DNA of 13,752 nucleotides from a bacterium (GTDB taxonomy: Bacteria; Babelota; Babeliae; Babelales; JABCYS01): positions 1-13,752 of the forward strand of contig DAIDHG010000023.1 in the NCBI GenBank assembly GCA_027452085.1, read 5' to 3'. Shown here in pieces: positions 8,687 through 13,752 of this stretch. How positions within the stretch are numbered: the first letter of the stretch is position 1; each line of letters starts with the position of its first letter. The notes beneath the pieces were generated by a model. That model saw only the letters and a list, made by a program, of their open reading frames with translations, did no database searches and was not told where the DNA came from. Position numbers and translations under genes: made by a program.

Positions 8687-8713
8687 GACAATAAGACGCA
8701 TCTGCCATACTGT
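8685..8713 (+). promoter_or_regulatory. Putative sigma70 promoter of the three-gene secreted-protein cassette
   Basis: TTGACA (8685-8690) - 17 nt - TACTGT (8708-8713). Confidence 0.65.
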
Positions 8714-8746
8714 ATTTCTCTGTTATCACTAACCGCAAAGCAGCCA

Positions 8747-9589
8747 ATGCCAAAACAGATACGCATTGCATTAACCGCAATCTTTTTCACCGCAAGCCTT
8801 TTGGCAACTTCAACCGCACCTATGATCGATGAAGAGTCAATGCCATTGGAAAATAGTTTCAACAATCACAGGGCGCTCACAATCAATCGAATGATTGCTT
8901 TGCGGACCATTGCAGAATTTAACAAAAATAATGGTATATCATTGAGCACAGAAGCATTAAAAAGAGGAGTTAAAAGCGCAAAAAATGTTCTTAACCTTGC
9001 ACCTAATGAGGCAAACCTAGATCCAATTGATTTACGAAGCGCAGCAATTTTGCATTTTTTCTTAAGTACCAGAGAAGACGAAGTAAAGAATCTTCGGCGC
9101 TCATACCTTTGTTTTCAAAAACTGCTGGAAAAAAACAACCAACCGCCGACCTGCGCCGACTACATAAGCATGGTGGCAACATGCATATATTTGGCGCACA
9201 CACGCACACAAAATCTTCTGCAGTATCTTGCCAAGGCCGAAACCTATCTTCATAAATCCATGGCATTAATGTGGCACATGCCTTTAGATTTTTTAGAACA
9301 CCATTTGCCTATTGTTCAAGAGTTAAAAAAAGCAGCCATTGATAAAAGCTCACAAAAAAAGCCTTTATCGGAGTTGGTGTCAAAGAAATTGATCGCATAC
9401 GAAGCCAATATACTTTTGCGTATCCAAGAGCTGAAAAACAGTATGCAACGACATCATTCCTCATCGTCTTGTGCATCTGACGCATCAACTGTTGTTGCAT
9501 ATGATAAGCCTACCGATGAAAGCATGGTCGATGATGAAGAAATAGAAAAGGTATATCGGCTCATACAAACGATTGAACACAAACAATGA
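8747..9589 (+). CDS. Hypothetical secreted alpha-helical protein (cassette paralog A)
   Basis: Signal-peptide-like MPKQIRIALTAIFFTASLLA; TPR-like helices; Ser-rich and acidic tail. The annotated 8669 start lies inside the terminator, so ATG 8747 is preferred. Confidence 0.75.
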   Translation: MPKQIRIALTAIFFTASLLATSTAPMIDEESMPLENSFNNHRALTINRMIALRTIAEFNKNNGISLSTEALKRGVKSAKNVLNLAPNEANLDPIDLRSAAILHFFLSTREDEVKNLRRSYLCFQKLLEKNNQPPTCADYISMVATCIYLAHTRTQNLLQYLAKAETYLHKSMALMWHMPLDFLEHHLPIVQELKKAAIDKSSQKKPLSELVSKKLIAYEANILLRIQELKNSMQRHHSSSSCASDASTVVAYDKPTDESMVDDEEIEKVYRLIQTIEHKQ

Positions 9590-11742
9590 ATATTCAGCTT
9601 CGTTTGCTCGCACTCAGCATCTACATCTGCTCAACTATTATGGGCTCATCAGATAGTTCAAAATCAATTTTTCGCGCCTTCCGCGAACATCAGATAGAAA
9701 CGAACAGGGAACAGACATCAACAGCTGCACGCAAACGTACCCGAAATGCTCAGAGTTCATCCTTGAGCAGATGTTCGCCTGACCATGATTCGGACGATTG
9801 CAATACAGATAATCAACCACCCACACCCCCATCAACAACCATATCAGCACTGCTTGCCTCACCCCAAAGATCGAATGCTCATAATCATATCAGAGATCAC
9901 CACTATCTGATTGAAAAAGTACTTCAATACGAAGATTTCACATCGCTCTGTCGGTTAATGAATATTTGCTCAAAATGGCGAGCAGCTATTTCCCAAGTCG
10001 TGCTACCCACTTGTAACATATCAAATAGATTTGGGCAAAGATCAGTTGGACAACAGTGGGCAACTCGTGTCAACAAAGTTTTTGATACCATTAACAATGA
10101 AAAACAGTCATTCAACGCAGGAATGAAAGACATAGTAGGCATGATTGCGCGCTGCAAAAATCCCATACAAGCCTTAAGTATTATTTACGGGGATTACTTC
10201 AATGACATACCCCAAGAGCAGCGGTTTTGGTCGAGACATGGCAGCTCACTAATAACAAACCAACAGTTAGAGCTGCATCGGCTTGAGCTCGCTTCTATAT
10301 ATGATAAAAAAGCCGTGCTTGAAAAACAGTTATCGCGACAAGAAGGCCAGCAGTCGCACCTGAGAGAAGAATTAAAGAGCTGTCTCTATCGATATAACGA
10401 ATTGGTGAATGCTTTATTACCATGCGCCAAAGCATTAATTCCCTATTATTTGGCGCACCTCATTCGTGCAAGCCTGGTCAGCTTCCATCAGATATTTGAT
10501 TTTAAAATGGACGTGTCATCAGATGATGGGCTCCTGTTGTGGCTCATGAGAAAGGAGAATGAAATAATCGATTGCGCTATTTTTGAACAATGTGCCGTGA
10601 TTGAACATACAGTGATCTCTTTGCTTCCAACGATTCAAGCTTCTCTTGCCTCGTTACTGTATTCACCCTTTTCACCATGCACGCACGCAGAAAAAGCTCA
10701 AATTGAAGACCACCTGAACAGGGTTAAATCTATATTCAAGCGCGAGTATATATTTGAAACCGCTCATTCTAAGTTATTGTATCTTGACCAAAGCCCACTT
10801 ACATTCAAAACGTTTGAGCATGAAAATCTATACATAGATCGGCTCAAACAGCAGATACAACAGATGGTAAAAGCAATGCAAACGGTATCAAGGCGCGCAG
10901 CATCTCGTAATTCGGCCCACCACGAGCTTGCTCGTGCTCTAGGGCAGGCACAGGGATATTTTAGTAAATTTTTATGTGAGCGAGCAGCGCGCTATCTATC
11001 TACCAACACTGCCGCACTTGCACCTTACATGCAACCCCGGGTCATTGCACGGCCTGCAGAGCTTCTAGAAATCGGCTTGCATGGGGGATGTGATGTAACA
11101 AATCTTTATCATGATTTTGCCAAACTCTATTTTTCAGCTTCGCAACAAAGAACAGATACTCACGAGGCAGTTAGTCACCTACAGCAAGCCATTTCATATG
11201 CACAGATTGCTCTTGCACGCGCTGTTAAATACGGTGAACCTCACACCGCTACGCTTGAGCAATTAGGTAGCTGGTACAAACTTTTGGCATTCACATATAA
11301 ACAAGAGCCAATGACAAACCTGGAACGAGCAGCATCGTGCCTTGAAAAAGCGGCTGATATAAATGAAAATATATCGAGCTATGAGCTGGTGGCACACATC
11401 CATTTAAAACTAGCAAACGGCGTAGAGACGCCCGATCAGCTGAAAGTGCATGCTGATGCAATCATGGCAGCGCTTTCCAAGGCCCAAATCTTGTTTCAAG
11501 AGCGGCAGGCACTATTAAATGATGCACAAGCTAAAAAATTTCGGGATAAAGCAAAAGAGTTGGCAAAGAAATTTCCTGACTTTAAGCCAGTTGCTGCTAG
11601 TGCGGCATCATATCTGCAGGCAATGCGGCAACAATTAGCTCTTTTAGACCACACCAATACCCCTCAAGAAACACCGAGCGACCCATCTCAGCAGGATCAA
11701 AGATTACCAGCCACATGCCCACCTTTTGACAATAAGAAATAA
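9586..11742 (+). CDS. Hypothetical secreted protein with F-box-like motif, coiled coil and TPR-like C-terminus (cassette paralog B)
   Basis: 718-aa ORF with ATGA overlap to the upstream gene; signal-like MNIQLRLLALSIYICSTIMG; S/P/T-rich low-complexity N-terminus; LIEKVLQYEDFTSLCRLMNICSKWRAAI. Confidence 0.8.
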   Translation: MNIQLRLLALSIYICSTIMGSSDSSKSIFRAFREHQIETNREQTSTAARKRTRNAQSSSLSRCSPDHDSDDCNTDNQPPTPPSTTISALLASPQRSNAHNHIRDHHYLIEKVLQYEDFTSLCRLMNICSKWRAAISQVVLPTCNISNRFGQRSVGQQWATRVNKVFDTINNEKQSFNAGMKDIVGMIARCKNPIQALSIIYGDYFNDIPQEQRFWSRHGSSLITNQQLELHRLELASIYDKKAVLEKQLSRQEGQQSHLREELKSCLYRYNELVNALLPCAKALIPYYLAHLIRASLVSFHQIFDFKMDVSSDDGLLLWLMRKENEIIDCAIFEQCAVIEHTVISLLPTIQASLASLLYSPFSPCTHAEKAQIEDHLNRVKSIFKREYIFETAHSKLLYLDQSPLTFKTFEHENLYIDRLKQQIQQMVKAMQTVSRRAASRNSAHHELARALGQAQGYFSKFLCERAARYLSTNTAALAPYMQPRVIARPAELLEIGLHGGCDVTNLYHDFAKLYFSASQQRTDTHEAVSHLQQAISYAQIALARAVKYGEPHTATLEQLGSWYKLLAFTYKQEPMTNLERAASCLEKAADINENISSYELVAHIHLKLANGVETPDQLKVHADAIMAALSKAQILFQERQALLNDAQAKKFRDKAKELAKKFPDFKPVAASAASYLQAMRQQLALLDHTNTPQETPSDPSQQDQRLPATCPPFDNKK

Positions 11743-11786
11743 TTCGGGATACTTATCGAATAAAACTCTTAAATGGAGGTTATACT

Positions 11787-12809
11787 ATGAACTATCATCA
11801 TCACTTATTTATCGCCGTATTAACTGTTTTTGCCGCGCATTCATTACTGGGAACTTCCCGCCAACCACACCCGCGGCTTGCAACCATTGCTGAAGAAACC
11901 TCACAAGAATGGGACAAGGAGCAAGCGCATAGGGATCTGCTTGCGCTCGAACAACAGATAAAAATAGCAAACAATCAAGATATCAAACCGATGCTTGCCA
12001 AGATTCCCAAGCTCATGGCAAATTTTCTGGAAAAAACCTTTTCGATGAAATATTCTCCAGATGGCACCGTGAAAAAGTTTAGAAGCATCGAAGATTGTCG
12101 CCGCATCGGGAAAATGGCTGCAACTTGGGCAAGCTATAGAACGCCCGAGACTACTCAAGAGATTATTGCTCAGTTGCAACAGGCAGCCAAATATGCTGAT
12201 CGAGGAATCGTAATGATTAAAGATGGCCAAGAACGGGCCGAAGATATTAGAAATATTGGCCAAATCTACCAACATTTGGGCGTATGCTGCAACAACAAAG
12301 AGTTTCTCAAAAATGCATCTCTATCCTACCAATATTTGACCATGCTCCTGACAGCAGAGAGTGAGATAGCTGATTACATACATGCAGCAAACACGGAAAT
12401 GAGTGCTGCCTATTTTGAGCCAGCCCAAGCGGTTCAGATTTCACATTATGAAAAGGCGCTCGGCTATATAAACCAAGCTATCCAAAAGGTCGCCATGGCA
12501 TCGCTCGAAGAACTCCAACAACAAATTCAGCACGCTAAAAAGCTCCAAGAGTATGTTGCGCTGACGCTGGAAGATTGTGGCCAACCAAGCCAGGCAGAAC
12601 AGCGAAAAACATTGCATAGATTGGCCAGACGCTTTGCCCTCTATATTGGCACAATAGAATGCCGGCTTTTTGGCGATCAGAGCCAATCAAGTTCATCACC
12701 ATCGCCAACGGCATCTACTATTCGGGCAACACCATCCCCCGATGCCGACACCATGAGAGCCTCATCTCCCGAGGCATCGCCATCCCCATTACCTGATGAA
12801 AACGAGTAG
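11787..12809 (+). CDS. Hypothetical secreted TPR-like protein (cassette paralog C)
   Basis: RBS GGAGG at 11775-11779; signal-like MNYHHHLFIAVLTVFAAHSLLG; TPR-like helices; Ser/Pro-rich tail. Confidence 0.8.
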   Translation: MNYHHHLFIAVLTVFAAHSLLGTSRQPHPRLATIAEETSQEWDKEQAHRDLLALEQQIKIANNQDIKPMLAKIPKLMANFLEKTFSMKYSPDGTVKKFRSIEDCRRIGKMAATWASYRTPETTQEIIAQLQQAAKYADRGIVMIKDGQERAEDIRNIGQIYQHLGVCCNNKEFLKNASLSYQYLTMLLTAESEIADYIHAANTEMSAAYFEPAQAVQISHYEKALGYINQAIQKVAMASLEELQQQIQHAKKLQEYVALTLEDCGQPSQAEQRKTLHRLARRFALYIGTIECRLFGDQSQSSSSPSPTASTIRATPSPDADTMRASSPEASPSPLPDENE

Positions 12810-12846
12810 AAAACCCCGGGGCTTGCGGCTATCAAGCAACAACCTT

Positions 12847-12874
12847 TTGGATAAAAGGTTTTTCCTGCTATAAT
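12847..12874 (+). promoter_or_regulatory. Putative promoter of the rpsF-rpsR operon
   Basis: TTGGAT (12847-12852) - 16 nt - TATAAT (12869-12874) with extended -10 TG at 12866-12867. Confidence 0.7.
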
Positions 12875-12879
12875 GCGGG

Positions 12880-13007
12880 TATTCTTAATCCTGCCACTCA
12901 CCAGGCACCTACTTTGGGGCCGTGAGATATGGGTAAAGACTAAGGTCTGTAGCATAGGGCTGCCGACCAGTGTATGTTAAACACTTCCATGTAGTCTAAG
13001 GAGTCAT
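12880..13007 (+). promoter_or_regulatory. Structured 5' leader of rpsF, candidate S6:S18 autoregulatory element
   Basis: About 125-nt leader; hairpin CTCAC...GTGAG containing GGCCG, followed by a three-helix junction that ends next to the SD AAGGAG. Confidence 0.5.
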
Positions 13008-13541
13008 ATGTCGCGTTACGAAACGCTTATTCTTACTACACCTGATTTTACCAATGATGAGTTTGCGCAACTTGAGACGACCATCTCAAAAACAATCCAA
13101 GATGCCAAAGGATCATTGATTTCTTTTGAACGTTGGGGCAAATATCGTCTTGCTTATCCAGTTCGCAGAAATGATTACGGTATTTACTGCCTCATCCGCT
13201 TCGAAACTGATGCAGCCCATAAGGCTGAGTTGCTGAAAGAGCTCAACACCTTGTTTACCATCAAGTTTGGTGATGCAATCATGCGTACTATCACAACAAT
13301 TTTACACCCGAAAAAATCGCTCGCGTATCATCGCCCTGAATCATTAGAAGATGCTCCAGTTCGCGATGTTGATACCTTCCTCAAAGAAAACAGAATGGAT
13401 TCGCTCCGCCGAGCCCCTGTTCGCGCTGAGGATGAGGATGAAGAGCACACAGAAGTCTCAGAAACAGGCACAGCTACCGAACGTTTTGCTCGCGAAAGCG
13501 CTGGCATAGCGGCAGCTGCAACCCCACCAGCGGAGGCGTAA
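13008..13541 (+). CDS. rpsF: 30S ribosomal protein S6 with long C-terminal extension
   Basis: MSRYETLIL, ERWGKYRLAYPV, GIYCLIRF, IMRTI; SD AAGGAG at 12998-13003. Confidence 0.95.
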   Translation: MSRYETLILTTPDFTNDEFAQLETTISKTIQDAKGSLISFERWGKYRLAYPVRRNDYGIYCLIRFETDAAHKAELLKELNTLFTIKFGDAIMRTITTILHPKKSLAYHRPESLEDAPVRDVDTFLKENRMDSLRRAPVRAEDEDEEHTEVSETGTATERFARESAGIAAAATPPAEA

Positions 13542-13544
13542 CCC

Positions 13545-13752
13545 ATGGCAAAGAAAGTTAAACTAAAAATCAGTGCCCGGTTACTCAAAAAGCGTAGCCG
13601 CCGCAATGGCACATCTAAGAAGCATTGCCGCTTCTGCAACTCAGCAGAGCAAGAAGGCATGTTGGATTATAAGAATGCCGGCTATCTCCGATCATTCTTA
13701 ACTGCACGTAGCAAGATTGTGCCTTCACGCATATCTGGCAACTGCACGAAGC
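13545..13752 (+). CDS. rpsR: 30S ribosomal protein S18 (partial, runs off the window; Zn-binding Cys form)
   Basis: Not in the ORF track; my translation reads MAKKVKLKISARLLKKRSRRNGTSKKHCRFC...LDYKNAGYLRSFLTARSKIVPSRISGNCTK; GGAGG upstream. Confidence 0.95.
   Translation, partial: MAKKVKLKISARLLKKRSRRNGTSKKHCRFCNSAEQEGMLDYKNAGYLRSFLTARSKIVPSRISGNCTK

Noticed and set aside
8669..8746. N-terminal extension of ORF 8669..9589
   Set aside because: It begins inside a terminator and spans a promoter; ATG 8747 gives a signal peptide
160..12686. Remaining short (63-124 aa) ORFs nested in or antisense to longer genes
   Set aside because: They overlap well-supported CDSs and show no recognisable motifs
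7905..12809. Prophage or integrative element suggested by the CI-like repressor plus ORFans
   Set aside because: No integrase, structural genes, divergent cro or att-like repeats seen; the ORFans look secreted
8747..12809. Anti-phage defence system or toxin-immunity cassette
   Set aside because: No recognisable nuclease, NTPase, TIR/SIR2 or RT motifs, and all three proteins have signal-like N-termini
12814..12837. CCCCGGGG palindrome and GCTTG/CAAGC hairpin after paralog C
   Set aside because: Short, no U-tract, compatible with chance
12677..12955. 92-aa minus-strand ORF
   Set aside because: Antisense to paralog C's tail and across the rpsF promoter and leader; no recognisable motif
12937..12997. 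tRNA or a known riboswitch class in the rpsF leader
   Set aside because: No TTC T-loop, anticodon arm or CCA end, and no riboswitch consensus that I recognise
13328..13660. 110-aa minus-strand ORF
   Set aside because: Shadow of rpsF and rpsR
1..13752. CRISPR array, rRNA, tRNA or IS elements
   Set aside because: No regularly spaced repeats or transposase ORFs seen; intergenic gaps are short and mostly explained

Overview
Bacterial chromosomal window, mostly housekeeping genes: deoxynucleoside kinase, tyrS, a site-2-protease-like membrane protein, a TMTC-like GT-C/TPR membrane protein, an rnhB-HAS barrel-ftsY operon, an XRE/S24 regulator, and rpsF-rpsR (partial). Between the regulator and rpsF is a ~4 kb accessory cassette (8747-12809) with its own sigma70-like promoter. 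It holds three tandem ORFans with N-terminal signal-peptide-like sequences. By eye they share a divergent TPR-like helical domain but carry different eukaryote-type N-terminal motifs: an F-box-like motif plus a basic NLS-like patch in one, and a PP2A-B56 LxxIxE motif in another. This is the best candidate for an undescribed system, a paralogous secreted host-manipulating effector family. The gene content suggests a host-dependent bacterium such as Ca. Dependentiae/Babeliae (TM6); this is an inference, not a database result. Secondary oddities: two apparent pseudo-enzymes (an M50-like protein without HExxH, and a LexA-like protein without the Ala-Gly site or catalytic Ser), a stand-alone HAS barrel, a clamp-binding-like motif on RNase HII, and a structured rpsF leader. 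All alignments and folds were done by eye.
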